Notes: generated from the sequence alone by a model not told the origin. A stretch of DNA of 64,000 nucleotides from Candidatus Nomurabacteria bacterium GW2011_GWD2_36_14 (GCA_000991405.1 LBRL01000001.1:3744-67743), one strand, 5' to 3'. Counted from the stretch's first letter, positions 47,217 through 56,782 are shown. Translations and numbers: made by a program.

Positions 47217-49356
47217 ATTAAAGAGTGAATATAAACCCGATGGTGATCAGCCCAAGGCTATAAAAGATCTTCTAGAGGGTCTTAAGAAGGGTTTCCGTAA
47301 GCAAACACTTCTGGGTGCTACTGGTACAGGCAAGACTTTTACTATAGCCAATGTTATCGAAGAATGGGGGAAGCCGACCTTAGTCATAGCTCACAATAAA
47401 ACTCTCGCAGCTCAACTTGCTCAAGAATTTAGGGAGTTTTTCCCTGATGCCGCTGTTCACTATTTCGTGTCTTATTATGACTATTATCAGCCAGAAGCTT
47501 ATATGCCAGTGACTGATACTTATATAGAGAAGGACGCTCAGATAAACAAAGAGATAGACAGGCTTCGTCATGCTACGACGCAGTCTCTACTTACTCGTCC
47601 AGACGTCATTATTGTAGCTTCGGTCTCTTGTATTTATGGTCTAGGAAGTCCAGAAGAATATGAGAAGGTAAATTTAAAACTTGAAATTGGTTCTAAAATT
47701 AGCCGAACCGATATTATGAGAAAATTACTTGGAGTTCATTTTGAAAGAACGAATTCAGACCTTACTCCAGGAACTTTCCGTTCTATTGGAGATAGAGTAG
47801 AAGTCATGCCTATATCGGAGACTTTTATTTATCAGATAGAATTTGCAGGAGGTGCTATTTCTAAAATTTTAAAAGTAGACCCTGTGTCTGCTCATGTTTT
47901 GAAAGAAGAGCAAGGAATATTCCTTTTCCCTGCCAAGCATTTTATTACCGAGACAGAGAAAGTAAAAGTGGCGCTTAAGAATATTAAATTAGAATTGACA
48001 CAGCAATTAAAAAAGTTTGAGAAGGAAGGCAAGCTTCTTGAGGCAGAGAGAATTAAAAGACGAACCAATTATGATTTAGCTATGATAAAGGAAGTTGGCT
48101 ATTGTAGTGGTATCGAGAATTACAGTAGACAGCTTTCTGGAAAGAAGGAAGGGGAAGCCCCAGATACACTCCTCTCATATTTCAAGAGTGATTTCTTAAC
48201 TATTATCGATGAGTCTCATGTGACCCTGCCTCAGCTAGGTGGTATGTACGCTGGTGATGCCTCTCGCAAGAAGACTCTTGTAGACTTCGGCTTCCGTCTG
48301 CCTTCTGCCAAGGACAATAGGCCTCTTAAATACAATGAATTTGAAGAAAGAATTGGAGATGTCATATACGTATCAGCTACTCCAAGTGAGACAGAAAGGA
48401 CTACAAGTGCTCAGGTAGTCGAACAGATTATTCGCCCTACAGGGCTTATAGATCCAGAAATATTGGTAAGGCCAGTCTCTGTAATGGGTTCCCTTAGGTC
48501 GGACCTAGGGGCAAATAGTAAAGAATTAAAGACCCTAGGTCCGACCTATGGTCCATACCCTGGACAAATAGAAGACTTTGTACAAGAAGCCGATAGAGTT
48601 ATCAAGAAAGGTTTTCGTGCTATTGCTACGACTCTTACTAAGAAGATGGCAGAGGATCTAACTTTGTTCTTAAAAGAAAAGGGATTCAAAGCAGAGTACT
48701 TACATAGTGATATTAAAACCATAGAGAGAATTCAAATACTTTCTTCTTTTAGAAGAGGGGACTTCGACATTCTTATCGGAGTCAATTTGCTTCGCGAAGG
48801 ATTAGACTTGCCAGAGTTAGCCCTCATAGGAATCTTGGATGCAGACAAAGAAGGCTTCCTTCGCTCAGAAACTTCGCTTATTCAGATTATAGGGCGTGCT
48901 GCTCGTAACGTAGAAGGTAGAGTAGTACTATATGCTGATCATATGACCAAGGCGCTAGAGAGTGCCATAGGCGAGACGAACAGACGAAGAGATATACAGA
49001 TAGCTTACAACAAGAAGCACGGTATCACCCCCAAGACTATTATAAAAAATATTAAAGACATTACAGAAGAGCTCGAGAACAAACACGAGAAGGCTGTGAA
49101 TGTAGAGCTAGACTTGGATGTAGAATTGTTCAAGAAGACTTTTGTAACTAGCAAGAGCAATAAGGGTAAGGGAGAAAGAGAGTCTATCAAGAATTTGCTT
49201 CTTTCAGATGAAGACAGGAATAAAAGTATTTACGAGAAGATAATAAAGATAAAAGAGAAGGAGATGAATAAGGCAGTGAAAGAATTAGACTTCGAAACAG
49301 CTGCAATACTTCGAGATGAGATAATTGTTTTGAATGATAAATTTTTAGGCAAATAA
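47197..49356 (+). CDS. uvrB: Excinuclease ABC subunit B
   Basis: Walker A GATGTGKT, the helicase motifs, and the C-terminal UVR domain ETAAILRDEI. Confidence 0.95.
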   Translation: MPNKVFKLKSEYKPDGDQPKAIKDLLEGLKKGFRKQTLLGATGTGKTFTIANVIEEWGKPTLVIAHNKTLAAQLAQEFREFFPDAAVHYFVSYYDYYQPEAYMPVTDTYIEKDAQINKEIDRLRHATTQSLLTRPDVIIVASVSCIYGLGSPEEYEKVNLKLEIGSKISRTDIMRKLLGVHFERTNSDLTPGTFRSIGDRVEVMPISETFIYQIEFAGGAISKILKVDPVSAHVLKEEQGIFLFPAKHFITETEKVKVALKNIKLELTQQLKKFEKEGKLLEAERIKRRTNYDLAMIKEVGYCSGIENYSRQLSGKKEGEAPDTLLSYFKSDFLTIIDESHVTLPQLGGMYAGDASRKKTLVDFGFRLPSAKDNRPLKYNEFEERIGDVIYVSATPSETERTTSAQVVEQIIRPTGLIDPEILVRPVSVMGSLRSDLGANSKELKTLGPTYGPYPGQIEDFVQEADRVIKKGFRAIATTLTKKMAEDLTLFLKEKGFKAEYLHSDIKTIERIQILSSFRRGDFDILIGVNLLREGLDLPELALIGILDADKEGFLRSETSLIQIIGRAARNVEGRVVLYADHMTKALESAIGETNRRRDIQIAYNKKHGITPKTIIKNIKDITEELENKHEKAVNVELDLDVELFKKTFVTSKSNKGKGERESIKNLLLSDEDRNKSIYEKIIKIKEKEMNKAVKELDFETAAILRDEIIVLNDKFLGK

Positions 49357-49460
49357 AAAGGCTGTCGAGAGTATGAATTCCGACAGCCAGTTTGTGTTGA
49401 GGGGAATGGCTTAAACCCTCAACGATATATAAAATTAGAGAAAAAATGAACAAAATTAAG

Positions 49461-49534
49461 TCGGGGTAGCCAGACTCGAACTGACGACCCCCTGGGCCCA
49501 AACCAAGTGCGCTACCAAGCTGCGCTATACCCCG
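49461..49534 (-). tRNA. tRNA-Pro (anticodon UGG)
   Basis: The reverse complement CGGGGTATAGCGCAGCTTGGTAGCGCACTTGGTTTGGGCCCAGGGGGTCGTCAGTTCGAGTCTGGCTACCCCGA folds as a cloverleaf. The anticodon loop is TTTGGGC. Confidence 0.8.
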
Positions 49535-49549
49535 AACTTTAAAGAAACG

Positions 49550-49623
49550 GGCCCTTACTCGGATTCGAACCGAGGACCCTCAGATTACAGATCTGATGCT
49601 CTGGCCAACTGAGCTATAAGGGC
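49550..49623 (-). tRNA. tRNA, anticodon read as UGU (Thr) with an atypical C at position 33; identity uncertain
   Basis: The reverse complement GCCCTTATAGCTCAGTTGGCCAGAGCATCAGATCTGTAATCTGAGGGTCCTCGGTTCGAATCCGAGTAAGGGCC folds as a cloverleaf. The anticodon stem is TCAGA/TCTGA and the loop is TCTGTAA. Confidence 0.6.
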
Positions 49624-49724
49624 AATGATTTAATTTCATTCTTATATTACTTATTTCAAAATCTTTGTCAAGCTTATGGTTTTGTGTTATTATGTGACTA
49701 GTTAAATATTGATTCACCCCCACA

Positions 49725-49784
49725 CCCATATTTTTATTGCAGGTAATCCTGCGTTGAAAACTATAAAAATATAGGTGTGGGGGT
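49725..49784. promoter_or_regulatory. GC-rich inverted repeat cacccccacacccatatttttat ... ataaaaatataggtgtgggggt, with G5/C5 tracts, upstream of uvrA
   Basis: It has 21-bp arms with one mismatch and a ~15-nt spacer containing the mini-hairpin gcagg-taatc-ctgc. A further tract gggggtatacaccccc follows. Confidence 0.4.
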
Positions 49785-49922
49785 ATACACCCCCTATGAC
49801 AAATAGGAGGAATGTTTAAGTTTATAAATATATGAAAGAAATGAAGAAGCAACCCCGAATGAATTTTCTAAATATAATTTAATGTTTAACGAGGCTTAAT
49901 AGTATAAATAATTTTAAAATAT

Positions 49923-52598
49923 ATGATAAAAAAAAGTGAAAATTCTGACGGGGCAAGAATAATAATAAAAGGAGCTCGTACTCACAATCTGAAGAATATT
50001 AGTGTTGAGATGCCTAGGAATAAAATGATAGTTATTACTGGTATGTCAGGCTCTGGGAAGTCTTCTTTGGCGTTTGATACTATCTTTGCTGAAGGTCAGC
50101 GTCGCTATGTGGAGAGTCTTTCGGCTTATGCCCGCCAATTCTTGAATCAAATGCCGAAGCCCGATGTCGATGAGATTACTGGTCTTTCTCCTGCTATTTC
50201 TATAGACCAGAAGTCTCGGTCGAACAATCCTCGTTCGACAGTTGCGACCATCACTGAAATATATGACTATCTTCGTGTTCTTTATGCACGTATCGGGCAC
50301 CCTCATTGTCCAGAATGTGGCAATGAGATCAAGAAGCTTTCAAATGATGAAATACTTCACTTTGCCATAGATAAGATAAAGAATTTTCAAAAGGATAACA
50401 AGAAAAAGAAAGTAATGGGTGTCGAATGGAACGAAGCACCTATCTCCATTCTTGCTCCTGTTGTTCGAGGTAGGAAAGGTGAGTATTATCAACTTCTTTA
50501 TGATTTACTCAATAAAGGATTTGCCGAGGTTCGTCTCGATGGACAGATCAAGAAACTAAGAGAGAGAATCGATATTACGAAGACAAAGAAACACGACATA
50601 GAAGTTATCGTAGATACTTTCGCTATTCATGAATTTAAAGACAATGAGAAGGATTCTTACTCAAGATTAGCTGAGAGTGTTGAGAGGGCTCTATTAGAGT
50701 CAGACGGACTTGTAATTATTAAAATAGATGAAGATGAATACCTTATGTCTTCCAAGTTCTCTTGTGCTATTGACGGCTTCGCTTTTCCTGAAATAGAGCC
50801 TAGGCTCTTCTCTTTCAATTCTCCGTACGGAGCCTGTCCTACTTGTAATGGGCTTGGTACCAAGTATTTTGGTGGCACAGAGCCCTGCGATGATTGTAAG
50901 GGCTTGCGATTACGACCTGAAGCACTTCATGTATATTTAGGCCAATCCGCTTCGCAGAAACATAAAAATTCTTCCCGCTTTACCCTAAAGGGCTCCGACG
51001 CGGATAAGAATTTTCATGTTTCTGCTTCGCTTAACATTGTAGATGTTACGAAGTTATCAATCGCTGATGTTGCTGACTTTTTTATTGAACTACAGTTGAA
51101 TGATCAAGAAAAGGAAATTTCGAAGGTTGTCATAAAAGAGATTGAAGCTCGAATACAATTCTTACTGAACGTAGGGCTTGATTATTTATCACTCGATAGA
51201 AAAGCCAATACTCTCTCAGGAGGAGAAGCACAGAGGATACGCTTGGCTTCACAGTTAGGTTCACGACTTGTCGGAGCTTTGTATGTACTCGATGAACCGA
51301 CGATAGGTTTACACCAGAGAGATAATGATAAACTCATCAAGACACTAGAAAATCTTCGTGACCTAGGGAATACTATCATAGTAGTTGAACACGACGAAGA
51401 TACTATATATGCATCGGATTATATTGTAGATATAGGCCCGAAAGCTGGAGTACATGGAGGGCAAGTTATCGTGTCGGATTATTTACAAGATTTACTAGAT
51501 GCACCAAAGAACGTTTCTAATTCTAGAACTTTGGCATATCTTAGAAATGAAGTCAGAATAGAAATTCCAGAGAAAAGAAGGAATAGTGATAAGGGTGCTA
51601 TTAAAATAATTGGAGGTAAAATTTTCAATATTGAAAATTTAAATGCGGAAGTTCCACTAGGAAAGCTTGTAACTATTACTGGAGTATCAGGAAGTGGGAA
51701 GAGTTCCTTTGTGTATGAGATTATTCACAAGAATCTTCAGGCCAGATACGAAAGGAAGTTTAGAACAGCAAAGATTTTCAACTGTGCATCTTTCACTGGG
51801 ACGGAATATGCTTCTCGCGTCGTTCTTATCGATCAGTCTCCGATAGGCCGTACTCCTCGCTCCAACTTGGCTACTTATACAGGCGCCTTTACTCATATCC
51901 GTGACATGTTTGCCTTAAGTGAAGAAGCAAGGCTCAAAGGTTGGAAGGCCAATAGATTCTCTTTCAATGTGAAAGGTGGGCGTTGTGAAGCTTGTGAAGG
52001 TAATGGCGAGGTAGCGGTAGAGATGCACTTCCTTCCTACTGTGTATGTCACTTGTGACGTATGTAATGGCAAGAGATTCGATAAGGAGACCCTGACTGTG
52101 AAGTACAAGAAGAAGAATATTTATGAAGTTCTTCAAATGACAGTTGAAGAAGCGATTGTGTTTTGGGAAGATATTCCGGCTGTTTATGATCGTATGAAGA
52201 CTCTTATGGAAGTCGGTCTTGGCTATGTGAAACTTGGTCAGTCTGCTACAACTCTCTCAGGAGGAGAAGCACAACGTGTGAAAATTTCTTCAGAACTTTT
52301 TAGACCATATGAAGAGAAAACAATATATCTATTAGACGAGCCAACAGTTGGACTTCATTACGATGATGTAGCTAAGTTGCTTGAAGTTTTGAATAGACTT
52401 GTAAATAAAGGCAATAGTGTAGTGGTAATAGAGCACAATATGGATATTATAAAGTCTTCAGACCATATCATAGATATTGGTCCTGAAGGAGGGTTAGGTG
52501 GTGGCAAGATTGTAGCTAAGGGAACTCCTGAAGAAGTTGCTAATACAATAGGAAGTCATACGGGTAAATATCTTAAAAAAGTTTTGAAGAGGAAATAA
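49923..52598 (+). CDS. uvrA: Excinuclease ABC subunit A (short, 891 aa), carrying an in-frame insertion
   Basis: It has two ABC modules (GMSGSGKSSL, GVSGSGKSS, LSGGEAQR twice) and zinc fingers. The insertion QKHKNSSRFTLKGSDADKNFHVSA follows PEALHVYLG. Confidence 0.95.
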   Translation: MIKKSENSDGARIIIKGARTHNLKNISVEMPRNKMIVITGMSGSGKSSLAFDTIFAEGQRRYVESLSAYARQFLNQMPKPDVDEITGLSPAISIDQKSRSNNPRSTVATITEIYDYLRVLYARIGHPHCPECGNEIKKLSNDEILHFAIDKIKNFQKDNKKKKVMGVEWNEAPISILAPVVRGRKGEYYQLLYDLLNKGFAEVRLDGQIKKLRERIDITKTKKHDIEVIVDTFAIHEFKDNEKDSYSRLAESVERALLESDGLVIIKIDEDEYLMSSKFSCAIDGFAFPEIEPRLFSFNSPYGACPTCNGLGTKYFGGTEPCDDCKGLRLRPEALHVYLGQSASQKHKNSSRFTLKGSDADKNFHVSASLNIVDVTKLSIADVADFFIELQLNDQEKEISKVVIKEIEARIQFLLNVGLDYLSLDRKANTLSGGEAQRIRLASQLGSRLVGALYVLDEPTIGLHQRDNDKLIKTLENLRDLGNTIIVVEHDEDTIYASDYIVDIGPKAGVHGGQVIVSDYLQDLLDAPKNVSNSRTLAYLRNEVRIEIPEKRRNSDKGAIKIIGGKIFNIENLNAEVPLGKLVTITGVSGSGKSSFVYEIIHKNLQARYERKFRTAKIFNCASFTGTEYASRVVLIDQSPIGRTPRSNLATYTGAFTHIRDMFALSEEARLKGWKANRFSFNVKGGRCEACEGNGEVAVEMHFLPTVYVTCDVCNGKRFDKETLTVKYKKKNIYEVLQMTVEEAIVFWEDIPAVYDRMKTLMEVGLGYVKLGQSATTLSGGEAQRVKISSELFRPYEEKTIYLLDEPTVGLHYDDVAKLLEVLNRLVNKGNSVVVIEHNMDIIKSSDHIIDIGPEGGLGGGKIVAKGTPEEVANTIGSHTGKYLKKVLKRK
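50955..51024 (+). repeat. In-frame palindromic miniature element (copy in uvrA)
   Basis: cagaaacataaaaattctt-cccgctttaccctaaagggctccgacgcggat-aagaattttcatgtttctg. The arms are complementary to each other but differ from those of the tgt and uvrC copies. Confidence 0.85.
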
Positions 52599-52601
52599 AA
52601 A

Positions 52602-52628
52602 AAGAAGCGCGTATTATTGGCGCTTCTT
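52602..52628. terminator. Bidirectional terminator aagaagcgc-gtattattg-gcgcttctt
   Basis: A 9-bp stem between convergent genes. Confidence 0.55.
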
Positions 52629-52647
52629 GAGTAAATATACAGAGAAT

Positions 52648-52941
52648 CTAATTTAATAAAGTAACTTCACATTCTCTATACACAACAGTCTTAACAATAT
52701 ATTTACCTTCTTCTTTTGAAGGTTCTATTGATCGTACTGTGTTGGTGACACCAAAACCTACTCCTGAGTCATCAGAAAATTCTTTTATGGAACTTCCTGG
52801 TGTGATCGGTTCAGCTAATTTTATATTTCCATGATCACGGAAAATTTCTCTTTTTGGATTGGTGTTGAATACTACTAAATTTATCACTGAACCACGTTTC
52901 CCAATTTCTTGAATTTTGTCTGGCATGATTTTCTCCTCCAT
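52648..52941 (-). CDS. Hypothetical small protein (97 aa)
   Basis: Supported by the ORF only; no motif recognised. Confidence 0.3.
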   Translation of the reverse strand: MEEKIMPDKIQEIGKRGSVINLVVFNTNPKREIFRDHGNIKLAEPITPGSSIKEFSDDSGVGFGVTNTVRSIEPSKEEGKYIVKTVVYRECEVTLLN

Positions 52942-52992
52942 TTTTTAGTTTAACATTTGTACAATATCTATTTTTAATCTAATATAATCTAT

Positions 52993-54258
52993 ATGAATAG
53001 TCAACAGGTCAAAAAAATAGGTTTGCCAGATAAATCAGGGGTTTATTTTTTCAAGGTGGGGGATAAGATTCTCTATATAGGCAAGGCCACTTCTTTGCGG
53101 GATAGGGTAAAGAGCTATTTTTCTAAGGATATCATCGTTACCAGAGGGTCACATATCTTAGATATGACGGTAAAAGCGGATAGGGTAGAATGGCAGGAAA
53201 CTGGTAGTGTGCTGGAAGCCTTAATACTTGAGGCGAACTTAATAAAGAAATATAAGCCGAAATACAATACCAAAGAGAAAGACAATAAGAGTTTCAACTA
53301 TGTCTGCATTACCAAAGATAAATTACCCAAGGTTTTAATTGTTCGTGGTAGAGGAATGGATAAAAAGTTGTATAGCAAAGTTTATGGTCCATTCCCCAAT
53401 GGTCAGCAATTAAAAGAAGCGATGAAAATCATTCGTAGAATTTTCCCGTATTTTGATAATGATTCGTTAAAGAAAAATAATAGAGAATTTTACAAACAAA
53501 TAGGATTAGTACCTATAGTTGAATATAAAAACAATATAAAGAATCTTAAATTATTTTTCGAAGGGAAAAAGAAAAGCATAATAATAAATTTGAAGAAGGA
53601 AATGCTAGCTTTTGCAAAAAAGAAAGAATTCGAGAAAGCTGGTGAAGTTAAGAATAGAATTTTTGCTTTGAATCATATAAATGATGTTGCTCTTATAAAA
53701 GAAGATTTAATTGCTCCACAGAAAAACGCTTCACAGGAATATGCGAATTTTTCGCGCTTTACCCTAAAGGGCTCCGACGCGACTCAAAATTCGCATATTC
53801 CTGTTTCGCTTTTTCGTATCGAAGCTTATGATGTGGCTCACATGGGAGGCAAGGATATGGTGGGAGTTATGACTGTCGTTGAGAATGGTGAAGTCAATAA
53901 AAGTGAATACAAGAAGTTCATTATCAGAACTCAAAGTGATGCGAATGACACAGGAGCACTCGAGGAAGTACTTTCTCGTAGATTGCGTCATACAGAGTGG
54001 GGACTACCTAGTTTGGTTGTTGTCGACGGTAGTACCGCTCAAGTAAATGTGGCCAAGAGAATTCTTGCCAGATATCAGTTTAAGGTACCTATAGTCGGAG
54101 TTGTGAAAGATGACAAACATAGACCGAAAGCACTTATAGGGAGTGAAGAAATAATTAAAATATACAAAAAGCAGATCCTACTTGCCAATAGTGAGTCGCA
54201 TAGGTTTGCAATTACTTTCCATAAACAAAAGAGAAATAAAAGTTTCTTAAATAAGTAA
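52993..54258 (+). CDS. uvrC: UvrC-like excinuclease (GIY-YIG N-terminus; short, lacks the C-terminal HhH/RNaseH-like region), carrying an in-frame insertion
   Basis: The GIY-YIG motif is GVYFFKVGDKILYIGKATSLRDRVKSYF. A UvrBC-interaction-like region is present. The insertion is QEYANFSRFTLKGSDATQNSHIPV. Confidence 0.75.
   Translation: MNSQQVKKIGLPDKSGVYFFKVGDKILYIGKATSLRDRVKSYFSKDIIVTRGSHILDMTVKADRVEWQETGSVLEALILEANLIKKYKPKYNTKEKDNKSFNYVCITKDKLPKVLIVRGRGMDKKLYSKVYGPFPNGQQLKEAMKIIRRIFPYFDNDSLKKNNREFYKQIGLVPIVEYKNNIKNLKLFFEGKKKSIIINLKKEMLAFAKKKEFEKAGEVKNRIFALNHINDVALIKEDLIAPQKNASQEYANFSRFTLKGSDATQNSHIPVSLFRIEAYDVAHMGGKDMVGVMTVVENGEVNKSEYKKFIIRTQSDANDTGALEEVLSRRLRHTEWGLPSLVVVDGSTAQVNVAKRILARYQFKVPIVGVVKDDKHRPKALIGSEEIIKIYKKQILLANSESHRFAITFHKQKRNKSFLNK
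53734..53803 (+). repeat. In-frame palindromic miniature element (copy in uvrC)
   Basis: caggaatatgcgaatttt-tcgcgctttaccctaaagggctccgacgcgactc-aaaattcgcatattcctg. It has perfect 18-bp arms. Confidence 0.85.
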
Positions 54259-54277
54259 TTCTTGATATAATACTTCT

Positions 54278-55276
54278 ATGATAAAAGTTGGGGTTATACG
54301 TGGGGGTATAAGTGGTGAGTACGAAGTATCTCTTAAGACGGGAAGTAATGTCCTTTCTCATTTGAGAGGAGATAAGTTAAATCAAACATATAAAGCCATC
54401 GACATTCTTATCGACAAGGAAGGTGTTTGGCATATAAATGGCAAGCCTGTATCGACAGCAGATGTATTCCATTCTGTGGATGTTGTTTTCAATGCCCTAC
54501 ATGGTGACTTTGGCGAAGATGGCAAGGTTCAGCAAATGCTAGACCAATGGAAGATTCCTTATACTGGTTCAGGAGCCTTCGCTTCTGCTTTAGGATATAA
54601 CAAAGTTTTAGCCAAAGAACAATTTAGTAGACTTGGAGTGAAGACCCCAAATCATTTTGTGGTGCCTCGGTATCACGAAGAAGATGGTGATTTTGAAACT
54701 TATGCTGTTAATGTTGCAAAGCAAATTCACGACAAGTTAGTACCTCCTTGGATAGTGAAGCCTCTCTCTGGTGGTTCTTCTGTGGGCATGAAGATGTGTA
54801 GGACTTATCCAGAATTAATATCTGCTTTTATGGAAGGTGTAAACATGGAGACCGATGTTCTAGTAGAAGAACTTATAGAAGGCAAGGAAGCGACAGTCGG
54901 CGTTGTTAATAATTTTCGTAATAAGGCTGTTTATGTGCTTCCTCCTATTGAGATACGAATTCCTACTAGTAAAACATTTTTTGACTATGAAGCCAAGTAC
55001 ACTGGAGTGTCGGAAGAAGTTTGCCCCGGCAATTTCTCCAATAGTGAAAAGGAGGAACTCCTAAGGCTGGCCGAGGTTATTCACACAGGGCTTAATCTGG
55101 ACCATTATTCACGAAGTGATTTTATCATACATCCGAAGAAGGGTATTTATGCGCTTGAAGTGAATACTTTACCAGGACTTACCGATGAATCATTGGTTCC
55201 TAAAATGCTTAATGCAGTGGGGGCAACAGCCCCTGAGTTTATAGACCACATTATTAAACTTGCTTTAAAGAGATAA
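54278..55276 (+). CDS. ddl: D-alanine--D-alanine ligase
   Basis: KVGVIRGGISGEYEVSLKTG and ALHGDFGEDGKVQQMLD..IPYTGSG, with an ATP-grasp fold. Confidence 0.85.
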   Translation: MIKVGVIRGGISGEYEVSLKTGSNVLSHLRGDKLNQTYKAIDILIDKEGVWHINGKPVSTADVFHSVDVVFNALHGDFGEDGKVQQMLDQWKIPYTGSGAFASALGYNKVLAKEQFSRLGVKTPNHFVVPRYHEEDGDFETYAVNVAKQIHDKLVPPWIVKPLSGGSSVGMKMCRTYPELISAFMEGVNMETDVLVEELIEGKEATVGVVNNFRNKAVYVLPPIEIRIPTSKTFFDYEAKYTGVSEEVCPGNFSNSEKEELLRLAEVIHTGLNLDHYSRSDFIIHPKKGIYALEVNTLPGLTDESLVPKMLNAVGATAPEFIDHIIKLALKR

Positions 55277-55287
55277 TATACTTGTGT

Positions 55288-56115
55288 ATGAAAATTTCTA
55301 TTTTAGGTTATGGAACTTTTGGTCAAGCTATTGCAACTCGTTTGATAATAAACGGGCATGAAATTTTAATAAATGAAGTAAAAGGGAGCGACATGATACT
55401 TGTCGCAACTCCTTCATACAGGGTGAAAGAGGCTCTCTTAGAGCACAAGGAGTTTATTATAAATCAGAAAATAATAATTTGTTCTAAAGGTTTTAATGAA
55501 GATGGGGATCTTATATCAACTGTATTAGGAAAGGAATTCCCTCATAATTCAATTTATTTCTTATACGGTCCAACTTTAGCCGAAGGATTAATAAATGGAG
55601 ATCTTTCAGCTATGGTTTTAGCTGGTGGATCTAGTAAAGAAGAAGTAAAGAAACAGATTGAATCACAGAATTTAAAAATTGAGCTAAGTGACGATGTAGT
55701 TGGAGTTCAGATAGGTGCTGCTATGAAGAATGTAGTAACTATTTTTGTGGGTATTGCCGAAGGAGCATCGTATGGTCAGAATACTCAAGCTTATATTTTT
55801 ACTAAAGGATTACAAGAAATACAGAAGCTAGGGGTTTCCTTAGGGGCAGAACCCAATACTTTTATAGGGTTAACATGTTCAGGTGATTTATCTTTACGTT
55901 CTAGGAATCGTCTACTTGGAATTGAGATTGGCAAAGGTAGAAAGATAGAGAATATTGTTGCTAAGAAAAAATACATGTTAGAAGGATTGGCAACAATTAA
56001 AAATCACAAAAACATCAGTAGTAAACTCGGAGTCGAGTTACCATTTGTTGATATTTTGTTTTCTATAATTTTTGAAGGATATTCAGTCGAAGAAGGAATA
56101 AGGAGAATTGTATAA
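55288..56115 (+). CDS. gpsA: NAD(P)H-dependent glycerol-3-phosphate dehydrogenase-like (short)
   Basis: The N-terminal Rossmann motif ISILGYGTFGQAIA, and GLTCSGDLSLRSRNRLLGIEIGKG, which matches the GpsA substrate-binding block. Confidence 0.6.
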   Translation: MKISILGYGTFGQAIATRLIINGHEILINEVKGSDMILVATPSYRVKEALLEHKEFIINQKIIICSKGFNEDGDLISTVLGKEFPHNSIYFLYGPTLAEGLINGDLSAMVLAGGSSKEEVKKQIESQNLKIELSDDVVGVQIGAAMKNVVTIFVGIAEGASYGQNTQAYIFTKGLQEIQKLGVSLGAEPNTFIGLTCSGDLSLRSRNRLLGIEIGKGRKIENIVAKKKYMLEGLATIKNHKNISSKLGVELPFVDILFSIIFEGYSVEEGIRRIV

Positions 56116-56127
56116 TTTTTATATTGA

Positions 56128-56754
56128 TTAATTTTTTCTGAATAAATCTATAATAAAGAACGTTACCTTAATACCATTACCAGAAAGGTTGAAGAGTATT
56201 GCTACGGTGAAGAGCGATAGTGCCAAGCTGTTACTAAAGAAGGACACAGCTATAGCCATAATCGCCGAACCGACAGGGAAGAGGATATGCATGTTGGCAT
56301 GTTCGTTTTCTTTTTTAGTGAAAGGAACGTTTTCTATTGTTCCAGACTTTATCACATAGTTACGCATTTTAAATAAAGTTGTACCTATAAGGATAATGTT
56401 TAATGCGAAGAATATTATTGCCGTTTCAGAATTAGCATATTGTCCTAAGAAACGAGAAGAGAATGGTACAAGAGCCACAAAGAACAGGAAGATCCCATTT
56501 AAGTTAGAGAATTTTGTATCAATATTTTTAGCAAGAACTGATGCTATGAGGTGGTGGCTTCTCCAATAAGTGAAAAGTAAAGAAAAACTAAGTAAATAGC
56601 TTAAGAAGAGGGGTGCCATTTCTACAAGTGTATTTAAGAGATGTTGTTCTGTGACTAATCCTGTAAAATTAGGAACACGTAATTCAAACACTAATATTGT
56701 CATAACGATAGCAAATATGCCATCGGAAAGCTGGTCTAATCTTGATTGTTTCAT
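56128..56754 (-). CDS. DUF1211/TMEM175-like membrane protein (putative K+ channel family)
   Basis: The N-terminal RLDQLSDGIFAIVMTILVFEL signature and multiple transmembrane helices. Confidence 0.6.
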   Translation of the reverse strand: MKQSRLDQLSDGIFAIVMTILVFELRVPNFTGLVTEQHLLNTLVEMAPLFLSYLLSFSLLFTYWRSHHLIASVLAKNIDTKFSNLNGIFLFFVALVPFSSRFLGQYANSETAIIFFALNIILIGTTLFKMRNYVIKSGTIENVPFTKKENEHANMHILFPVGSAIMAIAVSFFSNSLALSLFTVAILFNLSGNGIKVTFFIIDLFRKN

Positions 56755-56782
56755 ATACTTTTATTATACCATATGAATAATT

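Noticed and set aside
49187-49852. ORF-track entries 49187-49501 (-) and 49580-49852 (-)
   Set aside because: They span tRNA-Pro, the second tRNA and the GC-rich inverted repeat. They are spurious reading frames across RNA or regulatory DNA.
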